DNA from: Candidatus Micrarchaeia archaeon
GTDB taxonomy: Archaea; Micrarchaeota; Micrarchaeia; Micrarchaeales; CABMGC01
Reading direction: 5' to 3'
DNA length: 54,936 nt
Assembly: GCA_049976305.1 (NCBI GenBank)
Contig: JBMFIM010000004.1
Location: 1-54,936, forward strand
Part shown: one piece after another, positions 46,889 through 54,936 of the stretch
How positions within the stretch are numbered: position 1 is the first letter of the stretch
How the letters are laid out: each line of letters begins with the position of its first letter
Position numbers and translations under genes: made by a program
The notes under the pieces: generated by a model
Database searches by the model: none
What the model saw: the letters and a program-made list of their open reading frames with translations, nothing else
Told to the model about the DNA's origin: nothing

Positions 46889-47311
46889 ATGCAGCAAACG
46901 CTGAAGGATCATGTTATAGTGTGCGGCTACGGCCTTGTAGGCGAGAAGGTTGTTGAACTTTTGCAGCAGTACAAAATCCCTTATGTTGTGGTAGAGATAG
47001 ACAAAGCAAAGGCAGACGTGCTCAAGGAGAAGGGCATACCCGTAGTATGCGGCGACGCCACGTCATCAAAGGTATTGAAAGAGGCAGGCATAGAAAAGGC
47101 GAAGGCCATAGCAATAGCAACCGATGACGATGCAAAGAACTTCTTTACCGTAATAACTGCGAAAAGCCTTAACAGCAAAATAATAATTGCAACAAGGGCC
47201 AACAGCGAGCTCATAGTCAACAAGCTCAAAGAAGCCGGTGCAAACTTTATAGCTACGCCCAACAAGTCTGCTAGCGAAGAGCTTTTTAGGGAGCTCACAA
47301 GGGGCGTTTGA
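46889..47311 (+). CDS. Stand-alone TrkA-N/RCK domain protein
   Basis: HVIVCGYGLVG, GDAT..VLKEAGIEKA, DDAKN, ATRA, AGAN. Confidence 0.9.
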   Translation: MQQTLKDHVIVCGYGLVGEKVVELLQQYKIPYVVVEIDKAKADVLKEKGIPVVCGDATSSKVLKEAGIEKAKAIAIATDDDAKNFFTVITAKSLNSKIIIATRANSELIVNKLKEAGANFIATPNKSASEELFRELTRGV

Positions 47312-48087
47312 TGGCTTTCGAAGCAAAGGTAGAAGCTACGGACGTAATGCTTGTAGCAATAGTGATAGTTGCCATTGTGATCATTGTGTCTTTTGCAATC
47401 TTGTGGGTTTTTACAAGAGACATCTACCTAGACCTTTATTTTTTGCTTGATTCCTTCTTCGAGGCACCGAACACAGCTGCATCGTCAAGCTTGGCGGAGC
47501 TCGCATTTTCAAGCGGCACCTACAAACTCGCCACAATCTTCATAGTTGTGGTCGTAGACAGCTTAAGCAGGATACTTGTGACGAGCTTCATAATAGCGGC
47601 AGTAATAGACATATTGAACTATGCAAACATAGAAGAAGTGCTTAACGAGTTTAGGGCAAAATTCTTCAGCGGGCACATCATCATCTGTGACTACAACGAG
47701 CTTGCTGAAGAGCTTGTGCAAAAGCTTCGCAGCAAAGGTGCAAAATACTTGCTCGTGGTAAACTCAACAGAAAAAGCGGCTAAGCTCAGTGCGAAGCACA
47801 TACCTAACCTTTCGCTGGACTTTACAGAAGAAAAAACACTGAGGCTTGCGGGCATACAAAGTGCAAGGGCGATAGTTTTCGTTTCAGAAAGCGATGTGGA
47901 CAATACGCTTGGCGCACTAGTGGCTAGAAGGCTTAACCCGAATATCAAGATACTGCTCAGGCTCAAAGACGAACATTCGAGGAAAAAGGCATATGTTGCT
48001 GGTGCGGACATGGCAATCATCCCAGAGCATCTTGCAGGCCTAGAGATGGGCGAGTTTATAATAAGAGGCGTTAAGGCGGGAGCATGA
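47308..48087 (+). CDS. MthK-like 2TM plus RCK channel homolog without a GYG filter
   Basis: TM-pore-TM layout, GHIIICDY, LRLAGIQSAR, AGADMAIIPE. Confidence 0.75.
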   Translation: MMAFEAKVEATDVMLVAIVIVAIVIIVSFAILWVFTRDIYLDLYFLLDSFFEAPNTAASSSLAELAFSSGTYKLATIFIVVVVDSLSRILVTSFIIAAVIDILNYANIEEVLNEFRAKFFSGHIIICDYNELAEELVQKLRSKGAKYLLVVNSTEKAAKLSAKHIPNLSLDFTEEKTLRLAGIQSARAIVFVSESDVDNTLGALVARRLNPNIKILLRLKDEHSRKKAYVAGADMAIIPEHLAGLEMGEFIIRGVKAGA

Positions 48088-48800
48088 AACTTGTGGAGTA
48101 TGTTTCAATAATGCTCATACTTTCGCTCTTTGCTCTATCTTCGTTGCTAGTATTCTTCGCATTGCACAATCCAGCCTATGCGCTTATTTTTGGATTTGTG
48201 AACATACTTGGTGCAACATTCCCGCCTGCAAGCACGTTGGTTGATGCACACAACCCCTTTGTGCTTTTGTCAATATTATTCGGCATAATAGGCAACATCG
48301 CACTTACTATTTTTTTGGCCTCTTTGCTCTATGGATTCCTCAGCAACATAAGCCTGGAGGAGTTTTGGGCCAAGCAGCAAATAAATGGCCTTAAGGGCCA
48401 TGTGATCATCTCTCCAATAAACGGCCTTAGCTTAGAATTTGCAAACCTGCTGAAAAAGAATGGGATAAAATACGTTTTCGTAGACACTAACAGGGCAAAG
48501 GTGAGAGAGGCAATAAGGTCCGGCCATCTGGCTCTCTGGGGAGATGTTGCACAGCAAAACGTGCTGAAGCTCGTAAACCTGAATTCAGCGCTCGCCCTTC
48601 TTCCTCTCTATGACTATGACATAAAAAACGTTTTTGTTACCACAGCTGCAAAAAGCGCGAACCCGCAATGCAGGATAATTTCCAGGATAGGCCGCATAGA
48701 GGACATACCGAAGCTTGAAAACGCTGGCGCAAGAAGGATTATCTTGCCAGAAGCCGCGGTAGGCAAGGAAATCGCTGACTTCATAATCTCAAAATACTGA
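48084..48800 (+). CDS. MthK-like 2TM plus RCK channel homolog without a GYG filter
   Basis: TM-pore-TM layout, LKGHVIIS, GDV, NAGARRIILPE. Confidence 0.75.
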   Translation: MKLVEYVSIMLILSLFALSSLLVFFALHNPAYALIFGFVNILGATFPPASTLVDAHNPFVLLSILFGIIGNIALTIFLASLLYGFLSNISLEEFWAKQQINGLKGHVIISPINGLSLEFANLLKKNGIKYVFVDTNRAKVREAIRSGHLALWGDVAQQNVLKLVNLNSALALLPLYDYDIKNVFVTTAAKSANPQCRIISRIGRIEDIPKLENAGARRIILPEAAVGKEIADFIISKY

Positions 48801-48889
48801 AACCCTATTCATAGTTTGAATTTCCTTGATGAATTTGCCATATAGCGTTGCCCGAAAGCATAATAAACTTTATAATACCTATTACAACC

Positions 48890-50110
48890 ATGGCAGACCA
48901 GGCGCAAGGTTCTGTAACTACCTCAATAGACGACTTGGTAAAGTATATTGACGAGCATGGAGAAACTGACTCTTTCACGCTGGCCAAGGACCTTGGCGTT
49001 AGCGAGCCTGTAATAGAAACTTGGGCAAACGTGCTGGAGAAGGCCAACATGGTAAAGATAAGCTACAAAGTAGGAAAGATGTATATAGCAAAGGCCATAG
49101 CAAGCAAGGAAGAGGAGGAAAGCATAAGAAAGACCTCCGAACTGAAAAGGGCTACGCTTGAAAGCGAAGTTGTTGCGCAGACGCAAATGCTTAACGAGAT
49201 AGGCACACGCATTGATGCATTCAGAAAGTACATGCTCGATGTAGAGAATATTTACAAGGAAAAGGCTGGCGACATAAAGGAGGTCATGGACAAAATAACA
49301 GCTTATGAAAACGAACTAAGCGGAGTAAGGGCAAAGATCGCAGAAAACCAGGCATATATAGAAAGCGTTAAAAACAGCCTAGAAGCAAGCCTTTCGGCGC
49401 TTGGCGAGAAGGCCAACGTGCTCAGCACAATGGCAAACAACCCTGTTTACATAGATGCCGAAAAGCTTCTGCAGGACCTTGTCGCCAAAGCCAATTATGA
49501 AAAGAAGGCAAGTGAGGAGCTAGCTAAGGAGATAGACGCTAGGCTGGAAAGCTTCAGAAAGCTTATGCTTGAAACGAGCGAGGCGGCTAGGAAAGAAGCA
49601 AAGCAGCTTGACATACTAATAAGCCAGCTTGAGGACCAGATAGCAAGCTACAAGCAAGCAATGGCAAATTATTCAAAAGATGCAGAGAAGCTGAAGCACC
49701 AGATCGCCGCGGATTCGCAGAGGCTTGTAGATGAGTTTAGCAAAGCGACGCAGCGTGCGAGCGCATTGCAGAAAGCTGCGCAGCAAGATGCCGACAAGCT
49801 CGAGAGCATGCTTAACGAGATAAAGCAGCGTTTTCCTGAAATAGCACAGCTGAGTGATTCCATTGCAAGCATAAACCGCGACTTGGAAAAGGCAAGCAAG
49901 GAGAAGGATGAACTGGCAAAGGAGCTGCAAGAGCTCAGCCAGCAGCTCCAGGCTTTGAAGGCTTTGAGCGAGGCAGAGATCGGCAAGAAGGCGGAAGGCG
50001 TACAAAAGGCAGAACAAAGCGCTGGAAGAGCTTCGCAAAGGCTCAAGAAACTGGGCAAGAGCGTTGATGAAATAGACGAGAAAATAAAGAAGCTTGGCAA
50101 AGGAAAGTAG
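48890..50110 (+). CDS. Winged-helix plus long coiled-coil protein heading the pilus locus
   Basis: TTSIDDLVKYI...LAKDLGVSEPVIETWANVLEK followed by ~330 aa of heptads; ATG at 48890. Confidence 0.8.
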   Translation: MADQAQGSVTTSIDDLVKYIDEHGETDSFTLAKDLGVSEPVIETWANVLEKANMVKISYKVGKMYIAKAIASKEEEESIRKTSELKRATLESEVVAQTQMLNEIGTRIDAFRKYMLDVENIYKEKAGDIKEVMDKITAYENELSGVRAKIAENQAYIESVKNSLEASLSALGEKANVLSTMANNPVYIDAEKLLQDLVAKANYEKKASEELAKEIDARLESFRKLMLETSEAARKEAKQLDILISQLEDQIASYKQAMANYSKDAEKLKHQIAADSQRLVDEFSKATQRASALQKAAQQDADKLESMLNEIKQRFPEIAQLSDSIASINRDLEKASKEKDELAKELQELSQQLQALKALSEAEIGKKAEGVQKAEQSAGRASQRLKKLGKSVDEIDEKIKKLGKGK

Positions 50111-50118
50111 GTTTTGAA

Positions 50119-51636
50119 ATGGAAGAGCAATCGAAGGTTTATGCATCTTATGACCTTGATGCACATGGGCTGCCAGTGAAGGTGAGCATAGCTGATAAAG
50201 GCGACTTCGTACCAATCTATGAGGTAACAGTGCCAGGCCTCGGCGAAGCCACAAAAATACTCATACTCTCGCTCAGGCAAGAACTTCTTTCAATGGTGCC
50301 GATAGACCCCACGCGAATAGAAGACAAGGAATACATGGACGAGCTCACGAACAAATACATACAAGCCGCTTCTATACTGATAGACAGGTATTTGCCTGGC
50401 ACAGGCCCTGACCAGAAAAAGATACTTATTGCCTATATTCTAAACATGATGCTTGGCCTTGGGGATCTTGAGTTGCCACTTGCCGATGACAACCTTGAAG
50501 AGGTTGTGGTCAACAATTCTAAAGAGCCCATTTGGGTATTCCACAAGAAATACGGCTGGTGCAAAACAAATGTCAGGCTTGAAACTGAGGAAACAATCTA
50601 CGACTTGGCAGAGCAAATAGGAAGGCGCGTTGGAAGGCAGATAACAAACCTCACGCCACTTATGGATGCTGAGCTTCCAGATGGCTCTAGAGTCAACGCT
50701 ACCCTTTACCCGGTTTCCAACAAGGGCAATACCATAACCATAAGAAAATTCGGAAAGAACCCTTGGACGATGCCGGCAATGATAGCAAACAACACGCTCT
50801 CGCCAGAGATTGCAGCGCTTGTGTGGCTAAGCATACAAAACGAGATAAGCATGCTAATTTCTGGAGGCACTGCCAGCGGAAAAACAAGCTTTCTTAACGC
50901 AATGAGCATATTCATACCTGCAAACAGGAGAATTGTGTCTGTTGAGGAAACAAGAGAGCTTTCCCTGCCTTCTTTCTTGCAGTGGGTTCCGATGCTTACA
51001 AGACAGCCTAACCCTGAAGGCAAGGGAGAAGTTACGCTATACAACCTAATGATAAACGCCCTTAGGCAAAGGCCTGATTTCCTGCTAGTAGGGGAAATAA
51101 GAACAAAGCAAGACGCTGAGACGCTGTTTGAAGCAATTCACACAGGCCACGCGGTATATGGCACTGTGCACGCCGATAACGCGCAAGACACCATAGTAAG
51201 AATGTCAAACCCGCCTATAGACATACCGAAGATAATGCTTAACGCATTTGGAGGCGTAATAACCCTCTTCAGGCACAGAAGGCTTGGGATAAGGCGCGTA
51301 CTTGAGTTTGGAGAGATGCTTAACAGCGGCGATGTAAGCGTGGTATACAGATGGGATATGCGAAATGACATATTCACCAAGCTCTCTGAGATGTCAAGGC
51401 TAAGGGATATTCTCTCGCTCTATGGCGGCTATACCGAAGAAGAGCTGGAGAAGGAGATAGAAGAAAAAAGCAAGGTACTAATGTGGATGGTCCAGAACAA
51501 AATCGTTGACGTAGATACATGCGGATATGTAATCTCAACCTATTACAACAACAAGGAAAAGATACTGAAGCTTGTAGAAGGGAAGGTGCCATTCACGCAA
51601 GACGTATTCCAGAAGCTTAGGCAGGGTGAACTATGA
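50119..51636 (+). CDS. Type II/IV secretion (type IV pilus) ATPase, VirB11/TadA/FlaI family
   Basis: LPDGSRVNA, ITIRKF, SGGTASGKTS, SVEETREL, ALRQRPDFLLVGEIR, TGHAVYGTVHA. Confidence 0.95.
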   Translation: MEEQSKVYASYDLDAHGLPVKVSIADKGDFVPIYEVTVPGLGEATKILILSLRQELLSMVPIDPTRIEDKEYMDELTNKYIQAASILIDRYLPGTGPDQKKILIAYILNMMLGLGDLELPLADDNLEEVVVNNSKEPIWVFHKKYGWCKTNVRLETEETIYDLAEQIGRRVGRQITNLTPLMDAELPDGSRVNATLYPVSNKGNTITIRKFGKNPWTMPAMIANNTLSPEIAALVWLSIQNEISMLISGGTASGKTSFLNAMSIFIPANRRIVSVEETRELSLPSFLQWVPMLTRQPNPEGKGEVTLYNLMINALRQRPDFLLVGEIRTKQDAETLFEAIHTGHAVYGTVHADNAQDTIVRMSNPPIDIPKIMLNAFGGVITLFRHRRLGIRRVLEFGEMLNSGDVSVVYRWDMRNDIFTKLSEMSRLRDILSLYGGYTEEELEKEIEEKSKVLMWMVQNKIVDVDTCGYVISTYYNNKEKILKLVEGKVPFTQDVFQKLRQGEL

Positions 51637-52364
51637 CCGACTATCAAGAGGCGGTTAATCTGATAAAGATGGCAGAAAGCAAGTCTAGCGTTAACGAGCA
51701 GGAGTTCAGCATAGACCCTCAAGAATTGCAGGCAAGCGTAGAAATCAGGCGCCTAGCATATGGCGAAGTTATAAGGCAGCTTGGATTTGAAAAAGAGGAA
51801 AAAGGGCCGGAAGCCCCAGCAGCAGAGAAAGCAAAGCCCGAAGAAATGGCGCAGGCCAGGCCCAAGATTGCTGCAAAACCTTTTGCTGCGCAAAAGCCTC
51901 AGTCTCAGCCGAAGCAAGCGGCAGAGGCGGAAGCGGCAAAGCCTCAAATTCAGCCACAGCCCCAAGCTCAAGCGGCAGCGCAAGCAGGCAAGCCGCTGAA
52001 ACCAAGAAAACAGCTCTTTGCACAGGAGTTGAAGTCTGCTACTGCTAGCTTGGAAAAGATCGCCAAGGTAAGCAAGGAAATAGAGGAAGCAGTAAGCAAG
52101 CAAAAGGAGGAAAAGAAGCTCAAGGGGCTTGTGCTTCCTACGCTCTCGTTAAGCGACCAGATAAGCGACTTGGAGAAGATAAAAGAGGGGCTTGAAGAGC
52201 GTGTGTTCAACGAGCAGCAGCTTGAGATAATAAAGCTAGAGGCGAACGGCCTGGCAAGGCTCATAGCAGAAGGCAAGCAGCCAAATGCGCCGACAGACCT
52301 TGCAGAGACGAGGAACAGCTTGCTCAAGGAAGTAATAGATATGGTTGGTGGCTATGCTGTTTAA
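51633..52364 (+). CDS. Hypothetical protein with Ala/Gln/Pro-rich linker
   Basis: ATGA overlap with the ATPase; low-complexity middle; helical C-terminal LVLPTLSLSDQISDLEKI domain. Confidence 0.7.
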   Translation: MTDYQEAVNLIKMAESKSSVNEQEFSIDPQELQASVEIRRLAYGEVIRQLGFEKEEKGPEAPAAEKAKPEEMAQARPKIAAKPFAAQKPQSQPKQAAEAEAAKPQIQPQPQAQAAAQAGKPLKPRKQLFAQELKSATASLEKIAKVSKEIEEAVSKQKEEKKLKGLVLPTLSLSDQISDLEKIKEGLEERVFNEQQLEIIKLEANGLARLIAEGKQPNAPTDLAETRNSLLKEVIDMVGGYAV

Positions 52365-53415
52365 GAAAAAAGCTGCTCCGCTAGGTGAGAAGCCCATAGG
52401 CTTTACAAAACCTAAGCGCTTTCTATTTTTCAAGATAAGATCGAAGCCTATTTACCAAGCAGAGCAGGCCAGGCCTGCAAAGCCTCTTTTCAGCTTCAAG
52501 CCCAAGCTAAAAGCACAGGCACAACCCCAAGCACAGCCCAGAGCAGCAGCACAAGCTGCTGGACAAGCATCAAAACAAAAGCTTTCAACACTTCAGAACT
52601 ACATAGCCAAAACGTTGCTAAAGCACAAAGACTTGGAAGTGGCACTTAGAGAAGTCGGCATAAAAGAAACTGCCTATGACTTTGTAAAAAAGATGCTTGT
52701 AAACGCGATAATAATCAGCATAGTCATAACTATAGCAGTTGCAGCTATGCTTCTAAAGTTCGGGCTTGGAATAACAGGCATTATACTTAGCCTAGTGCTC
52801 GGCTACGCAATGTTTGAAGCTTTCTTCAACCGCTTCCTTGAGTTCCCAATGCAGAAAAGCAAAGCCCTGGCAAAGAGTGTTGAAAGGGATATTCTCTTTG
52901 CCGCCAGGGATTTGGTAGTGAGCCTGCGTTCAGGCATGCCTCTTTTCAACGCAATAACCGCTGTGAGCACAGGCTACGGCGATGCAAGCAAGGAGTTTGC
53001 AAAGATTGTCGAGCTTGTGCAGCTCGGCATGCCGATTGAGCAAGCAATAGACAGGGTAAGCGCGGAGAGCCAGTCAAAGACTTTCAAGCGAATAATGCTG
53101 CAGGCAAGCGTGAGCATAAAGGCAGGTGCAGACATTGTAGGGGCTTTGCAAGGAGTAGTTGACGACGTCACCCAGGAGCGTGTCATAGAGCTTAGAAGAT
53201 ACGGCCAAAGGCTCAACGCCCTTGCAATGTTCTACATGCTTTTCGGAGTCATATTCCCAAGCATGGGCATTGCAGTAGCAGCTATACTCACAACCTTCAT
53301 AAACATCTTCTCAGTAACGCCCACCGTGCTGCTCTTCGCGCTTGTAGGCATATTCTTCCTGCAGATCATATTCCTCAACATAATGAAGAGCTCAAGGCCA
53401 GTGTTCACGATGTGA
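52354..53415 (+). CDS. Type II secretion system F family (TadC-like) pilus platform protein
   Basis: Two TMs, LRSGMPLFNAI, GYGDASKEF, GMPIEQA, C-terminal TMs ending SSRP. Confidence 0.9.
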   Translation: MLFKKKAAPLGEKPIGFTKPKRFLFFKIRSKPIYQAEQARPAKPLFSFKPKLKAQAQPQAQPRAAAQAAGQASKQKLSTLQNYIAKTLLKHKDLEVALREVGIKETAYDFVKKMLVNAIIISIVITIAVAAMLLKFGLGITGIILSLVLGYAMFEAFFNRFLEFPMQKSKALAKSVERDILFAARDLVVSLRSGMPLFNAITAVSTGYGDASKEFAKIVELVQLGMPIEQAIDRVSAESQSKTFKRIMLQASVSIKAGADIVGALQGVVDDVTQERVIELRRYGQRLNALAMFYMLFGVIFPSMGIAVAAILTTFINIFSVTPTVLLFALVGIFFLQIIFLNIMKSSRPVFTM

Positions 53416-53419
53416 TAGA

Positions 53420-54436
53420 ATGGTGCAATTCGAGCGTTTGGTTTCAAGGCATATCGCAGAGCTAGTCGCGCACGAGCTCAAGCTCGCAGGCGTTAAGACC
53501 CCGCTTGAAACCTTCCTAAGGCAGGTCATACTCAGCAGCCTGGCCTTGTTTGTAATAGTTCCTTTCACTCTATTCCTAGTTTTCAAGGTAAACATCTTCC
53601 TCTCAGCACTTGCTGGATTTATAGCGGCAGCAATACCATCAATTGTCGTATACGCACTACTTGAGGTAAGGATAGAACAGAGGAAAACATTCGTTGAGCA
53701 GATACTGCCGGACTTCCTGCAGATAACAGCTGCGAACATAAGAAGCGGAATTTCAATAGACAAGGCAATAGTTGTTGCAGCAAGGCCCGAATTCAAGTAC
53801 TTCAGCGATGATGTAAGGGAAATAGAGAAGGAGCTATACGGAGGCATGACGCTCCAGGCCGCTTTGGAAGACCTTGCAAAAAGATACCGCTCTCTGCAGC
53901 TCCAGCACACCATAAGAATGATAATAGAAGGAGTGCTATACGGAGGCGGCATGACTGACTTGCTCAACCAAATAGCAAGGGATATCCGTTCGCAGCAGAC
54001 GATCCAGAAGGAAATATCTGGCCAATTGTTCCTTTACACAATCTTCATAGCCTTCGCTGCGCTTATAGGCGCTCCAGTGCTCTACGGCCTTACAAGCCAA
54101 ATGATTTATGTCACAGATACAGTGTGGGCGGGAATTCTGAAGTCGAACCCTGGTGGTCTGCCCACTGTGGGCGTTTCGTTCTTAAGGCCAAGCCCACCGA
54201 AGATCACAATAGCTATGTATCACAACTTCGCACTCACGGCAGTTATGCTTATTACGGGCTTCGCCGCATTCATTGTTAGCGCAATTTCGAGTGGATCAAT
54301 AATGAGGGGCATAAGGTATTTGCCTCTGTTCCTTCTAATTGGCGTAGGCGTATTCTTCATAACTGCGGCAGTAATAGGCGGCATGTTCTCATCGATAAGT
54401 GGCGGAGCTGCAGGCGTTTCAGGAGCCGGCATATGA
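53420..54436 (+). CDS. Type II secretion system F family (TadB/TadC-like) pilus platform protein
   Basis: VEQILPDFLQITAANIRSG, ARPEF, GGGMTDLL, three C-terminal TMs. Confidence 0.9.
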   Translation: MVQFERLVSRHIAELVAHELKLAGVKTPLETFLRQVILSSLALFVIVPFTLFLVFKVNIFLSALAGFIAAAIPSIVVYALLEVRIEQRKTFVEQILPDFLQITAANIRSGISIDKAIVVAARPEFKYFSDDVREIEKELYGGMTLQAALEDLAKRYRSLQLQHTIRMIIEGVLYGGGMTDLLNQIARDIRSQQTIQKEISGQLFLYTIFIAFAALIGAPVLYGLTSQMIYVTDTVWAGILKSNPGGLPTVGVSFLRPSPPKITIAMYHNFALTAVMLITGFAAFIVSAISSGSIMRGIRYLPLFLLIGVGVFFITAAVIGGMFSSISGGAAGVSGAGI

Positions 54437-54478
54437 AAAAACAGAAATAGAAAGTGTATGCATGTGGTTAATAATTTT

Positions 54479-54936
54479 TCAGCCGACAAAGCCCAGCGCC
54501 TGGAATTCGTCAGCAACACTGTTTAACGAGGAAAGACCCGGCGCGGTATATGTGCCATTAAGAGATACATATGCCACATTTGTTTGCGTACCGTTATAAC
54601 CAAAGCCACTGTAGTCATTGGCATTACCATCGAGAGGCCACCAGCCAACAAGATTTTTTTCGCTTATTGGTGCACCATTTACTCCTTCGCCATATAATTG
54701 AGTAACTTGACTCTGTGTAAGATTGACGTTGTAAAATTGCACGTTTGCTATGCTACCGAAAAATTGGTTGCCACCCAAACCGTATGCAGTAGTTAAGCCT
54801 ATCTGAAAGTTACCGGCAGACGCACCAGACAAAGACTCCGTCTTAGTCCATATCACGTTGCCATCTAAGTATACCTTATAACCGGTGCCATTATATACCG
54901 CTCCAACAAAATGCCACGTATCTAGCGGAAAGGTAG
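54479..54936 (-). CDS. C-terminal part of a LamG/concanavalin A-like domain surface protein (5' end lies outside the window)
   Basis: TWHFVGAVYNGT...VYLDG, FFGSIANVQFYNVNLTQSQVTQLY, LVGWWPLDGNANDYSG. Confidence 0.88.
   Translation of the reverse strand, partial: TFPLDTWHFVGAVYNGTGYKVYLDGNVIWTKTESLSGASAGNFQIGLTTAYGLGGNQFFGSIANVQFYNVNLTQSQVTQLYGEGVNGAPISEKNLVGWWPLDGNANDYSGFGYNGTQTNVAYVSLNGTYTAPGLSSLNSVADEFQALGFVG

Noticed and set aside
51800..52570. GCA/CAG-rich repetitive DNA
   Set aside because: Explained by Ala/Gln/Pro linkers in two proteins

Overview
Archaeal chromosome window. The gene set (aIF2-gamma/alpha, S6e, L44e, Top6B, FEN-1, Cdc6, GINS, CarS, RNase P proteins, BHB-intron tRNAs) and its compact style suggest a DPANN archaeon, most likely Micrarchaeota-like; this taxonomy is inference. 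Most of the window is housekeeping genes, plus four tRNAs (three with introns, two of them in the D-loop) and a type IV pilus-like ATPase/TadC locus. The main candidate novel system is a translationally coupled array of six paralogous CedA/VirB6-like membrane proteins followed by an Exo5/Cas4-like Fe-S nuclease (10.7-18.8 kb). About 7 kb downstream is an operon with two paralogous membrane proteins resembling a split VirB4 N-terminus, a VirB4/HerA (CedB-like) ATPase, small accessory proteins and a REC/degenerate-GGDEF regulator (25.3-31.5 kb). Together these look like an expanded Ced/T4SS-like DNA-transfer or host-contact apparatus. Other oddities: two genes that appear to start at ACG, a TnpB N-terminal fragment fused to a DHH phosphoesterase, dispersed IS200/IS605-like end hairpins, an 11-bp-phased repeat array upstream of a wHTH gene, a cysteine-free Mrp/NBP35 ATPase, and K+ channel-like proteins lacking the GYG filter. 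All family assignments come from motif recognition by eye; no searches were run.
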